Origin: Mobula hypostoma
Lineage: Eukaryota
DNA: 64,000 nt
Direction of reading: 5' to 3'
Assembly: GCF_963921235.1 (NCBI RefSeq)
Contig: NW_026948187.1
Coordinates: 3,162,001 to 3,226,000 of the forward strand
The position numbers and the translations under genes are program-made. Positions 1-12,639 of this stretch are shown one piece after another (position 1 is the stretch's first letter; the number at the start of each line of letters is the position of its first letter). The notes under the pieces were generated by a model that searched no databases, was not told where the DNA came from, and worked only from the letters and a program-made list of their open reading frames with translations.

Positions 1-276
1 TGGGGGAAGTTAACGGGACTCAGTGGCCAACGTCTGATTCCCCAAAACATGGAGGAAGCATCACCACCAACCAAACACCACGTGATCTTGCGTCACAATG
101 CAGAGGGCGGGGCAGAGCTGCGGTAAACAACCTCACGTGATCTGTTGGCGGGAGTTCCATTTCAATTCTGCCGAAATAGACAGCCTGGGCTCCTGGTTTG
201 GATCGTTCAATGCAGATTAAGTGAAGTCTACACATTATTGACAAGCCCAGATAACTGGGTACTAAGTATGTAATTG

Positions 277-1093
277 ATAGATAGATAGATGTACTTTATT
301 AATCCCGAGGGAAATTTGGTTTCGTTACAGCCGCACCAAACAAGAATAGAGCGTAAATATAGCATTACAAAAAATCCCAACAATCAAACAACAAAATGCA
401 AACTATGCCAGATGGAAAATAAGTCGAGGACCAGTCTAATGGCTCAGGGTGTCTGACCCTCCACGGGAGGAGCTGCACGTTCGATGGCCACAGGCAGGAA
501 CGACCTCCCGTGCCGCCAAGTGTTGTATCACGGTGGAATGTGGCCGAAGTCCAACAGTAAAAAGTTCAGTATCCAGTCTGCAAACACGTTCCTCGATCGT
601 AATATACTTCGGATTGCACCGTCCGTTGTTAGCCAGAACAGTAAGCACCCAATTCCTTTCCGCCGCTTACCGCTCTCAGTGCACTTCCAGTCAGCCGGAA
701 CGGTATTACCCACCGAAACTCCTCGTCTCCAAAAGTCTCTGTTGTCTCGACCCGGTCCTCTTTCCTCCGCTTTGTGATCCCCCTCTGTGTTTTCCTCAGG
801 ATTTCAGCAGGGGTGTCCACCGCTCTGTTCGCTAAGCCGGCCGGGGTTTGCTGGTCCGTGGAATACACAATGCGACTTTGCTTCTGTCCCGCGGGTAGGG
901 ATGTAACCATTTCCAGCGCTAAAGAAAACCCAAATAAAACTCTGTCTACCAGCATGTTAGAGAGGGTGTAGCTTCGACGTGTTACCGTGAGAAAAATACA
1001 AAAATAACGTAAATTAGAAAGTAAGAAGAAGAAAGTGAAAGAATATTTCAGAGCGGCTGTACCAGGCGGCATGCAGGACCGGCGCATGCGCAC
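277..1093 (-). mobile_element. Non-autonomous, internally deleted Rex1/Babar-type LINE derivative
   Basis: (GATA)n at about 276-290 reads as a (CTAT)n tail on minus. Minus strand near 484-513 encodes HGRSFLPVAI, resembling the Rex1-type ORF C-terminus. Flanked by TAATTG at 271-276 and 1094-1099 (candidate TSD). Confidence 0.6.
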
Positions 1094-1099
1094 TAATTG

Positions 1100-1455
1100 G
1101 CCCTCAGTTCGGGGCTCACGGACAACATCAGATCTCCCCGCTCGGGATCGGTCTCAATACTCACCGATGGGAAAGTGATATGTTCGGCCCGCGGACAGTG
1201 ATCCCGACCCAGGAGACGAGGAGACCATTCCCGAACCCGCCGATGATCGGCTTCAGCACTGAGCGGAAAGGAAGCCCACCCGGACACTGTGAGCATGCGC
1301 GAAGTGAGTGTTACATCATCCGGAGGGCGGGGCATCGGAAACAGTCGCGCAGATGCTGCCCATCTGCGGTTAAACGGCGGGGGGGGGTAAACGGGATCAC
1401 GTGACCGGTGGGGTCTACCACCCCAGACCGGGACTCCAGCTACCAACTACTCACC
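1100..1455. promoter_or_regulatory. CpG-rich promoter-like segment
   Basis: Local CpG enrichment, GCATGCGC (NRF1-like), GGGCGGGG (Sp1-like) and TCACGTGA E-box; no linked coding exon identified. Confidence 0.35.
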
Positions 1456-1750
1456 TTAAATGTATTCAACACTTTAATAACCCCAGCGAAAATATATCAT
1501 CTGTCAACTCTACCAGTCCTCTCGTAATCTTATAAACGTCCATCAAGTCTCACCCCAGCCTGCGCCGCTCTGGAAAAAAACAACCCAAGTTTGTCCACCC
1601 TCCCGTTATAGTTTATGCCCTCTAATCCAGGCAGTATCCTGGTAAACCTCTTCTGCGCCCTCTCCAAAGCCCCGACATCCTTCCGAGAATGGGGATGACC
1701 AGAACTGTATGAAACACTACAGATGTGGTCTAACTAGTTTTATAGAGCTG

Positions 1751-2704
1751 TGTTACGAACTGTAACGTTTTAGAAATGAACCAGCAGCAATGGAGTTCAC
1801 ACTGGAGTCTGGTTTTGATCTTAAAACCACTATCCTTACTAGTATCTACTTATACTGTAGTAACTTAACGAAATAAATGTAAGTTAACAGTGTTATGTGT
1901 ATATATGTGTAAATATAACTCCCAAACTATCGAGCCTGAGGGAACAAAGTTTAGAGTCTTGAGACGGTAAAGTAGGAAAATTCAGTAATCCACGGAATAA
2001 GTGATGGGAGAGAGATATTTGTAATCCAGGGTGAAACGTAGAGAAAAGGCCGTTACATCAAAATAACCGTCGTCGAAGTTCTTATCCGTTGAATCCGTCC
2101 ACATGCAAGTTATCAGCGAAAGTGACCTGTCACAGGAATACCGTCTTCCAGGGGTGACCACACAACACACCCAGGCAAGGGTTAACACAAGCGGTCCCCC
2201 AAGATATTCCAAAATCCACTCCAATGGATATTATGAAGTGACAGCCACACACATTCGTTGTGGTTCCGTGTACCGATGATCAACTCACTCTTCTGGGCAT
2301 AGGAGAGTTCCAAGCCTCAGCTGCGACAAACTGAAGCTATCAGCTTTTCCAGTCCTCTCTCTCTCTCTCTCTCTCTAGACTGTCCGACNNNNNNNNNNNN
2401 NNNNNNNNNNNNNNNNNNNNNNNNNNNNNNNNNNNNNNNNNNNNNNNNNNNNNNNNNNNNNNNNNNNNNNNNNNNNNNNNNNNNNNNNNNNNNNNNNNNN
2501 NNNNNNNNNNNNNNNNNNNNNNNNNNNNNNNNNNNNNNNNNNNNNNNNNNNNNNNNNNNNNNNNNNNNGTCTGCAGATCGCTCTCTCTCTCTTATGGTTA
2601 AATCCACAGTCAGCGCCGTCAGCCTGTGACTGACGTCATAGTCCCGCCTCCTCACTCCGGCGCTCTTAAAGACACAGTCACAGTCCGACCGCAGGCTCGC
2701 AACA
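1751..2704. mobile_element. Solo LTR (contains an assembly gap)
   Basis: Termini TGTTACGA...TCGCAACA (imperfect inverted repeat); 4-bp TSD GCTG (1747-1750) / GCCG (2705-2708); interrupts a CR1. Confidence 0.75.
2389..2568. other. Assembly gap (180 N)
   Basis: Run of N with (CT)n tracts nearby on both sides. Confidence 0.98.
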
Positions 2705-2954
2705 GCCGCAACACAACTTCCCGACTTTTCAACTCAGTGCTTCAACTAATAAAGACAACCACGCCATTTGCCTTCTTAACCACCCGATCAATCTGTGCAG
2801 TCTCTTTCAGGGAGCGATGAACTTGGAGTCTAAGATCCCTCTGATCATCAACACTGTTCAGGGTTTTACATTTAACAGTGTACTGTCTCAGACATTCGAC
2901 CTACCGAGCTGCCAAGATGATCATCACTAATCAAATCTCACTGAGATTTCTCAG

Positions 2955-3590
2955 GTCCAGTTGAATTTATTGCCAAGTGCACAAGTACGGGAAGGTACAG
3001 GTACAGAGAAACACTGACTTGTGGCAGCATCACAGGCAAGTACATTCAGATAACACACGGAACACAAATTATACGATTCTCTGTCAGTCACAATCTATAA
3101 ATATGTTTTATGTCATTAACAATATATAAAATACATTGTGTCATGATCAATATTAAAATGTGCATTTTGTGTCAATAACAGTCTTCGAAATGTTGAATTC
3201 GGTTCCTGTCTCCATTCCTCCTGTAGTCCACAACCAGCTCCTTTATTTTTGTCACCATGAGGGAGAGGTTGTTTTCTTGACACCAGTGTGTCGGGGTGAT
3301 GATTTCTTCTCTGTCGGCTGCCTCGTTATTATTTGAGATTAGGCCAATCAATGTAGTGTCGTCAGCGAATTTGTTTAGCAGATTGGAGCTGTGGGTGGCT
3401 ACACAAGTCATGGGTGCACAGAGAGTAAAGGAGGGTCCAAGGAGACAACCCTGTGGGGTATGTGTGCTGAGGGTCAGAGAGACAGAGGTGAGGGAGCCCA
3501 CTCTTACCACCTGCCGGCGATCTGACAGGAAGTCCAGGATCCAGCTACACAAGGCCGGGTGAAGGCCGAGGTCTCTGAGCTTCTTGTCGA
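2955..3590 (-). mobile_element. Rex1/Babar-type LINE RT fragment
   Basis: ORF 3172-3552: CSWILDFLSDRRQVVRVG, PQGCLLGP, KFADDTTLIGLISNNNE, KIKELVVDYRR. Confidence 0.85.
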
Positions 3591-3599
3591 TACTTCACG

Positions 3600-4000
3600 C
3601 CTTCGTATGGCTACTGCTCTGCCCATGACTGCAAGGAACTGCAGAGAACTTTGAGGAACAGAGAACATCAGAGAAACAAGAGTCCCCTCCATGGACTCTT
3701 CCTACACTTCCCCTGCGTCGGAAAAGCAGGCCGTGTACTCAAAGATCCACAACCTGGACATTCTTGCTGCAAACCCGTTCCCCCATCGGGGAAGTGATAC
3801 AAAAGCCTTAAAGTCCGTACCACCAGGCTCAAGGACAGCTTCCTGTCTGCGGCTATAACAAATGAATGGTCTCCAGTCCAATAAAATGGACTCAACCTCA
3901 CAATGTAACTCGACGTGACCCTGCACCATATGTCTGTCTGCACTGCACTTTCTCTGCAGACATAATGCTTTGTTACAGTTATTGTTTTGTCGTATATCAG
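3600..4000 (+). mobile_element. Rex1-type LINE 3' fragment
   Basis: Degraded ORF end (accaccaggctcaaggacagcttc = TTRLKDSF) followed by 3' UTR-like sequence. Confidence 0.6.
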
Positions 4001-4069
4001 GTCACTGTACTGTTACAATGTATAGATCTGGTGACTGAAGGCAGCTGCAGGTTCATGAGGGACTGTTAC

Positions 4070-4230
4070 TGTCAGATTCTGCAGTTCTTGCGGCTGCTCA
4101 TCGCACCCAGGACTGAACCCTGGTCACTGAGCATTGGAAAAGTCTGTTCTGCCGATGTTAGCCTTAAACTAGACTAGTGTTTAATATTGTGGATCTGTGA
4201 AAGATAAATCAGTTCTGTATCAAATCCCGT
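4070..4230 (+). other. Orphan copy of zinc-finger gene 3' UTR
   Basis: Aligns by eye with 22283-22398 (gctgctca..cacccag..ctg.accctggtcactg.gcat.gga...gact...gtttaatatt.tg); no finger array upstream. Confidence 0.65.
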
Positions 4231-4434
4231 GTCTCAGGTACTTACTGTCTTTACCAGACTCGCAATGTACACTAGAGAGGCCACTCGGCCCATCTGGTCC
4301 CTGCCCAGGTTTCTGTTCCATATAAGTTTATCAAAATCTATCCCTGCCGTTCCCCTCTCACTCTCCGTGTGATGACAGGTTGCAACTGGTCACTATTCCG
4401 TGGGACAGGAGATTCCCCTTGAATTTCATGCAAT

Positions 4435-4792
4435 CATAGAAATATACAGCACATTACAGACCCTTCGGCCCACAATGTTGTGCCGACCATGTAACTTACT
4501 CTAGAAACTGCCTAGAATTACCCTACCACATAGACCTCTATTTTCCTAATCTCCATGTACCTATCTAAGAGTCTCTTAAAAGACCCGATTGTATCCACCT
4601 CTACCACTGTCGCTGGCAGTACATTCCACACACACACACCACATTTTGTTTTTAAAAATTAGCTCTGACATCTCCTCTGTACCGACTACCAAGGAGCTTC
4701 AACCTATGCCCCCTCGTGTTAGGCGTTTCAGCCCTGGGAAAAAGCCTCTGGCTATCCACACGACCAATGCCTCTCATCATCCTGTACACCTG
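4435..4792 (-). mobile_element. CR1-type LINE 3' end
   Basis: catagaaatatacagcac...cccttcggcccacaatgttgtgccgacc is a CR1 3' UTR stem and tail in reverse orientation. Confidence 0.7.
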
Positions 4793-4936
4793 CATGAATT
4801 TCCTGCAGGCGAAGACCGCCCCTGTCTGCAAATGGAGTAGCAGTAATTTTGTGCTGCTCTTAGTTTTCTTTCTCTTTGCCTAGTTTAAACTTTGAATTTA
4901 ATTTTTTTATTTGCTGATTCTTGAGGGGGAAACAAT

Positions 4937-5775
4937 ATGTCTATGTCTACGAAAAGTGGGAAGAATTTACCTGAACATAGTGATAAAGGTAATGGGAAAG
5001 GAAAGGTGCAAAAGCAACGATCTGATGAAATGCCATCGTGGGCTGAAGATATCGTTCAGACTTTGAATTCCATTAAGAATCAGAATGGATCATTTAAAGA
5101 TCCACTGCAAAAGAATAGTAATGAACTGAAGTCATTTCTGGGAAAACATAAAGACCTGGAAACTCAAGTTATTACACATGAAGAGGAATTGAAGATAACT
5201 AAGCAGAAGTTGCCTGAAGCTACAACTCGTTTGGAAAGATATCAAAATAAGATTATAGACCTGGAAACTAGGGCTTGCCGAAAGAATATACGAACTGTTG
5301 GGCTGCAGGAAGGAGCTGAAGATGGAGATCTAACTGCTTACTTTGGTAAGCTTTTCCACACTTTATTTCCTACCATTCTATCAAAGCCGCTGCTATAGAA
5401 AGGGCACACAGGGCGTTTATCTCGACATCGAAGGATTCTCGTAAACCAAGATCTGTTCTGGTTTGCTTTCATCACTTTAAAATTAAAGATCAAATAATGC
5501 GACAGGCAAGAAAACAGAGAGTTTTTAGATTTATGGAAACTGATCTCCGCTTTTACGAAGATTACCCAAGAGAGATAATGGAGCAAAGATCAAAATTTGC
5601 ACTGGTAATGAAACAGACATATGATAAAAAAAACTCTTTCCCTCTCTGAGGTATCAGACAAGAATTAAAGTTTTTCCTGCTAATTCTCCTCCTCGTACTT
5701 TTTTTTTGATCCAAAAGCTGCACGGGACTTTGTTCAGGCAATACTCGCCGCAGTTACTGACGCTGCTATTGAATG
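4937..5775 (+). pseudogene. L1 ORF1p (coiled coil plus RRM/CTD), disrupted
   Basis: Coiled-coil heptads then IIDLETRACRKNIRTVGLQEGAE, the L1 ORF1 DLE.R.RR.N.RI.G.PEG.E motif; stop at 5396-5398 and later frameshifts. Confidence 0.88.
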
Positions 5776-6627
5776 AACTATCTGAAAAACTGTTTGGCTA
5801 TCTGTATATTATTCGCATTTTGGAAAGAAGATTTATGAAGGTAATTTGTATATTTCATTGCGAGACTAATTAAAGAAGACAAAGGGAGTTGTTCATTATT
5901 ACATATTGTTGGTTTTCCTTTGGAAAGAAGATTTACGGCTCAAGTATGACTGTCTAAATGATCATCTGAGCATTCGACTGTGAGAAGAAGATAAGGGGAT
6001 TTGTTCCTTTAATTTAATATTTGGTTTGTTTCTTTTTTTAATCAGCTAATCGGTAGTTTTTTTCCCCTACTAATAAGGCTTTATATATATATATATTTGG
6101 GCGGGTTTAATTACTTATGATATTATTAATCAGTCTTTTAAAAAAATTTCAGCTGGGTAAAATACACTATTAATTTTCCTTTCTGTTTTATTATAACATT
6201 TTATAATTGAATTGAAAGCTTTTTTAGGGAATTAATATGAATCTTAAAGATGGTGCTGGTTTTTCTCGCTAAGAGATAACATTATTTTGGTTCTTTCTTG
6301 TTTATTAGTTGATGAAATGTAAACAACTTTCTTTGATAAGACTTTATTGTTTTTTTACAAGGTCACTCTACTTTTTTACTAACTGGGGGGAGGGAAAGAA
6401 AACACAGACAGAGCGGTCAGTAGCTTTGAACTGTATTGCAGATCGCTTGCCTTTTTCGGGCTTCCGGGTGTGAGTGGCTGGGTTTAGATTTAGTAGTTTT
6501 TTTCCCCATTGGGCGGTTCCGGAGCATGCGTGTTTTTTATGTGGTTGTATTCTTCATCACCGCCATTTTTGATCATCCCGTATTGGTGTGTGCTCTGCGC
6601 ATGTACAAAGTAGAATAAAATTATAGC

Positions 6628-9600
6628 ATGGTATTTAAACGGATTAATATAATAAGTTGGAATGTACGTGGTTGGAATCATCCTATTAAACGAAAAAAGA
6701 CATTTAAAATTACTAACCGATTCCAACCTGATAAAATTTTTGCTCAAGAGACACAGATCAGGGAGGGCGTTCAAAATAGATTTTTTGGATGGTGGATTGG
6801 TTTGCAATTCCACTCTACTTCTCAGAGAAAAACAAAAGGCGTGTCTATTTTCATTAAACATGATATATTTATTCAAGGGGATGTTGAATCAGATTCTAAT
6901 TGTAGATTTGTAATTGTTAAAGGACCGATCTGTAACAGAAAAGTTGTTTTGGTTAATTTGTATGGTCTTAACTTAGATGATCCTTTTTTTTAAAAAGGTA
7001 TTAGCTTTACTGCCTGATTCAAATGAATACATGCTGATAATCGGTGGAGATTTTAACTGCTGCTTAAATCCTATGATTGATAAGAGCTAAAACATCAGCG
7101 ACTTCCAAATCTATCCGCTTCATTTATTAATTTCTTTTTGATTGATTTTGGATTGATTGCATTGTGGAGGTATCTCCATTCCGATAACAGTGAATATTCT
7201 TTCTTCTCACATGTTTATAAAAAATATTCGAGGATCGAGTATGTTATAATCGATCCCCGCTTCTTGCCTGGTGTTAAAACTTGCGAATATGACGCTATTG
7301 CTATATCTGATCATGCGTCTCTGAGTTTGTCTTTTGAATTTGATGATGTCATTCTTGCTCGCCCGACTTGGCGCAGGTCTCAGACATTATTGCAAATCTC
7401 TGACTTTGTCAGTTTCATTGAAACCCAGATAAAATATTTTCTTTTTTTCTTTTTAATGGTATGGGGGTGTGTCTAATTTAATTATACGGGATACATTTAA
7501 AGCATTTTTACGTGGTCAGATCATTTCTTATTCAGCTAAACTTAAAAAAAAACAGACCAAAGCAGAATAAGATAGAACTTCAAAACAAATTAAAGATTTA
7601 AATAATATCTAAGCAATTTCCCCCAATACTGATTTACTTAAACAAAGGGCGGAACTTCAATCACAATATAACCTGTTATTAACTTATCCCATTGAAGGAT
7701 ATTTGCTTAAGTTAAAGAGCCAATTTTATATGTTTGGAGATAAAAATAATAAACTGCTCACATCTCAAATAAAAATGGCTGCAGCCAAAAGGCAAATCAT
7801 GAGAATTTGTAGGAAAGATGGTACTTTGGCTCCGGAATATGAAGAAATTAATAAGATTTTTCAAGATTTTTATGCTGAACTTTATAAATGTCAATGTCCG
7901 TTAGATACCTCTGAAATGAATACTTTTTTACGAAAGATTGTTTTTCCTAAATTCTCGGCTGAGGATCAAAAAACTCTTGATGCTCAAATCACTGAAGCCG
8001 AAATTTATAAAGCTATCTTTTCAATGCAGTCTGGTAAGTCCCCGGGACTTGATGGCTATCCTGTAGAATTTTATAAAAAATTGGGAAAGTTGCTTTCTCT
8101 GTATATGTTGGAAATGTTTAAGGATTCTTTTGTGAAAGGTGACTTACCCTCTACTTTCTATGAGGCTTCTATTTCTTTAATTCTTCAAAAAGATAAAGAT
8201 CCCACTGACTGTGCTTCATATAGACCTATTTCATTACTAAATGTCGACGCTAAGATTTTGTCAAAGACAATGGCCAATCGGTTGGACAATATTTTGAGTA
8301 AAATTATTTTTAAAGATCAAACAGGCTTTATAAAGGGTCGCTATTCTTTTTCAAATGTTCAGAGACTATTTAACATTATATATTCGTCCTCTTTTAAAAC
8401 TCCACAGTGTGTTGTATTTTTGGATGCTGAAAAAGCGTTCGATCGAGTCGGATGGAAATATTTATTCAATGTTTTAGAGAAATTTGGTTTTGGTGTTAAT
8501 TTTAATAATTGGATTAAAATGATATATAAAGCCTCTATTGCTACCGTTGTCACTAACAATTGTAGGTCTCCTTTTTTTCAGCTTTCACGGGGGACAAGGC
8601 AAGGCTGTCCATTAAGTCCTTTGTTGTTTAATTTAATATTAGAACCCTTTGCTATTGCTCTTCGTGAGGCTAAAAATATCCATGGAATTTTTGTGAATGA
8701 AACCATGCATAAGATCTCTCTTTACGTTGATGCTTTATTGGTTTATATATCTAATCCTAACAAATCTATTCCTGCCTTGCTAAAATTATTTAATGAATTT
8801 GGAGGTTTTTCAGGATATAAAATAAATTTTAGTAAAAGTGAATTGTTTCCTTTAAATGATTCTGTCTCTATATATGATAATACTCCGCTTGGAATCACAG
8901 ATTCTTTTGGACATTTAGGTATTATAATTACTAAAAAATATAAGGATCTTTATAAAGCCAATTTCGTTCCTTTAGTAGACTCTATGAAGTATTTATTTAG
9001 TAGATGGAGTCCACTTACAATTTCACTTGTTTGTCATATTCATATAGTTAAAATGATGATTTTACAAAAATTTTTAGATTTATTTCAGAATATTCCTGTA
9101 TTTTTGACTAGGAAGTTTTTTGATCGGATTGATTCTATTATTTTATCTTTTATTTGGAATAATAAAAGACCAAGAATTAGTAAATGTCACTTACAAAAAT
9201 TGAAAAGGGATGGAGGTCTTGCTTTGCCTAACCTAAGAATGTATTATTGGACTGTTAATGTGCGATACATGTCTTTTTGGTTATATTGGGTTGATAAGAT
9301 GTAGGCCTGGAACTGAAAGTTGTAAAACAGTTTTATTTAACCTCGTTATTAGCAGCTGCTTTACCTACGCAATTAGCCAAAGTTGTTAATTTAAACCTAT
9401 ATCCTGTGATTAAGTATTCTTTACAAATTTGGCTCCAGTTCCGCAATTTTTTTAATTAAAAAAAAACTAAACTTTGTAGATTAATTTATCGAAATTACTT
9501 TTTTAAGCCTTCTTTGAGTGATCCTTTTTTTTTACTTTGGGAAAATAAAGGTATTAATTCTTTTTTGGATTTATTTAAAGAAGATATATTGATGTCTTTT

Positions 9601-10395
9601 GAACAATTAATTGATAAATATTCTCTTTCATACTCACACTTTCTGCAATACCTTCAAGTTAGACATTTTTACAAAAATATTTAAGTAATTTTCCTTACAT
9701 ATTGGAGGCTGACCTGTTAGATACTATTATGAGTATGAATCCTTCAATCAAGAGTTCCGTTGGAAGAATTTATAATTTATTATTACAACGGGATAAGCGT
9801 CCTTTATCTAATATTAAACAGGATTGGGAAAAGGAACTCAATTTGACTTTTACGACGGAGGATTGGATGCGGATTTTGATGTTGGTTAGCTCTTCTTCAA
9901 TTTGTGCTACCCATTCATTGATTCAATTTAAAATTGTACATCGTTATCATTTGACGAAGGAGAGACTTTCTAAAATCTTTTATAATGTTGATAGTCATTG
10001 AGATAGACGTAAAACTGAGATAGCTACACTGGCACATATGTTTTGGTCTTGTTCTATGTTGGAACGGTTCTGGAAATCGTTTTTTTCAACAATTTCTAAA
10101 GCACATAAAATCAATCTACAACCTAATAAATTAACTGTGCTTTTTGGAATAATTTCTGAAAATATTCATGGTATTTCTGTGTCTGACCAACACGTTATTG
10201 CATTTGTTACATTGATAGCTAGGAGGGCCATTTTGTTGAAGTGGAAGGATACATAAGCTCCCACTTTGTCACAATGGTTCTCTCAAGTGATGCTCTGTCT
10301 TCGTTTGGAGAAAATTCGAAGTCGAACCTTTGAACCTTTATTTGATTTTGAGAAAAGGTGGGGCTCATTTGTTCCTTATTATCATTTGAGCTAAT
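6628..10395 (+). pseudogene. L1 ORF2p (AP endonuclease, RT, Cys-rich domain), disrupted
   Basis: SWNVRG, AQETQ, ISDHA (EN); KSPGLDG, SYRPISLLNVDAKI, LDAEKAFDRV, RQGCPLSP, YVDA (mutated YADD); HMFWSC. Multiple stops and frameshifts. Confidence 0.93.
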
Positions 10396-11089
10396 TGATA
10401 GATTTTTTTTCCACGATCTAATTGTAAATTTTTTAGTATATTTTCTTTTCTTGCTGGCGGTTTGATGTTTATTTTTAGGAGCTTTTTGTATGACGCATGA
10501 CTCCGGGGTTGTACACCTAATGGGTTCTTATTTTTTCTCACATTTTCTGCTTAGAAGGTTTTTTTTTGTTATCACAAACTTTTTTTTTCCAATCTTTAAG
10601 ATAATGTCTTTTTTGAGACATTGTAAGTGTTGTTACTTCAACGTGCTCATGTTATTTCATTTGCATAATATAACAATTAAAAGATTTGAAAAGAAAGAAT
10701 TTCTTGCAGGTATCTCTCCAGGTTGAATAAAGCGATGAGTTCACTGTGGTTTTAACGTTCTTCAGGGCTCTGGTCTAAGGTGGTTAAGCTCCTTCTTCCC
10801 TGCCTTTTTGAACTTTTTGTGTAATTTTCACTCATTCAAAGGACTGTGCCTCAGACAGCTGCAATGCGTCTCTAAAGTCTGACAGCAGATGAGCAAGTGA
10901 ACCTTCGATGCTGTAGAGTCAGAAACCAAAGAGTTACCAGCTTGAATTGGGGCTTTGGGGCTCCAGAAAGAGATGGGAACTAGAGTTTACAAGGAGGAGG
11001 AGGAAGAGGAATCAGACGAGCAGGATGTGGCTCAAATGAAAGATCAGAAACATTCTGAAACTGTTTGATTGAAAAAAAAGGTGGTTAAT

Positions 11090-11290
11090 TTGTGCAAAAT
11101 ACTGGAGCAAATCAACAGATCAGGCCGCAAATGTGGAGAGGAATAAATAGACAATGTTTAGGCTGAGCCCCTTCAGCATGCCTGGAGTCTGTACTCCTCT
11201 GCTTAGTTGCCGCCTGAACTGGAGAGTTCCTCCAGCATTTTGTGTGTATGTGTCTACATTTCCACCAACAGCAGAATCTCTTGTGTTTCA
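11090..11290. repeat. Penelope-like-derived inverted-repeat remnant
   Basis: caaaatactggag...ctccagcattttg inverted arms; the same motif recurs at 11.9-12.0 kb and 45.96-46.07 kb. Family assignment is from recall of chondrichthyan repeats. Confidence 0.55.
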
Positions 11291-11499
11291 TACCTGCATT
11301 TGTAAGAAGGTTCTACTTTGGCATTAGGCACGCGGAAAGTTTGATGCTATTAACTGCATTGATTATGGGAGCTGCTTTCTGCATTAAAAGAGCTGCTGAG
11401 TTTTCTACACACAAAAAAAACCTGAGGTATGGACATGGAACCGGTGCTTGCAGGAACTTTTAATGGCACCGTGATTACCCAGAAAGCTCTGCGCAATAA

Positions 11500-11830
11500 T
11501 TTTCGCCGTCGCTGAAACACCGATCGAATACAGGCTGTTCCTGAATATCGCGCATGCGCGCAGTACACAAAGGCCTCGGGAATTCGGCTCCAGGTAAGAG
11601 ATATTCCCCGGCTGCGGGAGGGGATTTTCAACACCGATTCGGGACAATTGCTGTGAGCTCCGGACACCGTGGCCCGTAATCCCGCAATCCCGGGACAGTC
11701 CTGTTCTCTTCCCTCTCTCAGCACCACGATCCGTACACGGGTCCCGGGGAGCTTCCGGCTGATGAGGGAATGGGAACCGATGGATCTCTCAGACAGAGCT
11801 GAGCTCCAGCTGTCTAAATGCAAGGATTGG
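11500..11830 (+). promoter_or_regulatory. CpG-rich promoter / putative non-coding first exon, possibly of the ZNF gene
   Basis: Palindrome CGCGCATGCGCG (NRF1 consensus) at 11549-11560, dense CpG, and a strong donor CAG|GTAAGA at about 11591-11599. Confidence 0.45.
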
Positions 11831-11899
11831 GAACTCGGAGAAAGGGAACAAAATCTTTTACATCACCAGCTGATAAAATCACTTTTGTTCTGCCTCCAA

Positions 11900-12039
11900 T
11901 CACAAACAAGAGAAAATCTGCAGATGCTGAAAATCTAAGCAACACACACAAATTGCTGGAGGAATTCAGCATTCGTACTCTTTTCCATAAATGCTGCCCG
12001 ACCTGCTGAGTTCCTCCAGCATTTTGTGTGTGTTGCTTG
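11900..12039. repeat. Hairpin-forming Penelope-like-derived short repeat
   Basis: aagcaacacacacaaattgctggaggaattcagc (11937-11970) is a near-perfect inverted repeat of gctgagttcctccagcattttgtgtgtgttgctt (12005-12039). Confidence 0.75.
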
Positions 12040-12214
12040 TTTTACCCCCTCTTGTTCTGGACCTTTCTACCCGTGAGAACACGTTTTGACCCATTCTCTC
12101 TGGGTACATAATGATATCAAACACTTTTCTCCTGAGCGTCAAGTAGCTTTCACATCACAAATGTGACAGACTCCAATGAGACAGACTCCTGCCCTTCCCT
12201 TCATATTCATTGGC

Positions 12215-12639
12215 CGTCAGTCACGTGGGGAAGGGTTCAGGGGAAATATTTATGTACAATACAGAAACTGGTATTACCTGTGTGTATTGTGGCAATGCAA
12301 AAGTTGCTGGAGAATTTGCAAGTGGGAGGAAGTGGAGTGATATTTGGAAATCTGACTTTTTAAAGTGTCATTTAGCAAGCAAATCAGATATGGACGGTGT
12401 GCAAAAGCTGGAGTGAGAAAATCCTTCATCACCCTCTACAGGCCTGCTACATAGGTTGTGTGAGAGTGCAGATTAACTTGATCAAACTCAGAGGATACCT
12501 TATTAACAGTGATTTGCTGGCTGTTAAAATAAATACCTCTATTTAAAATTCAGTGTGCACATGTTGTTATCACTGGGTAAAAATTGCACAGCACAAGATT
12601 TTTCGGCACCCCGATCATTACAAATTAGACGGGACATTG
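12215..12639 (+). mobile_element. hAT (ZNF862-like) DNA transposon remnant
   Basis: ITCVYC...DFLKCHLASKS zinc-finger-like N-terminus of ZNF862-type transposases; ends in the TIR-like aaattagacgggacattg. Confidence 0.5.

Larger units (their letters stand above)
1500..2910 (-). mobile_element. CR1 LINE 3' ORF2 fragment, split by a solo LTR
   Basis: Reverse complement resembles the 3' ORF2 region of the CR1 copies at 41.2-41.6 kb and 56.4-56.7 kb; sequence resumes collinearly after 2704. Confidence 0.75.
4810..10696 (+). mobile_element. Full-length degenerate L1-clade LINE
   Basis: 14-bp TSD GAATTTCCTGCAGG (4796-4809) / GAATTTCTTGCAGG (10697-10710); ORF1, long AT-rich spacer, ORF2, GAAA-rich tail. 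Confidence 0.93.
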
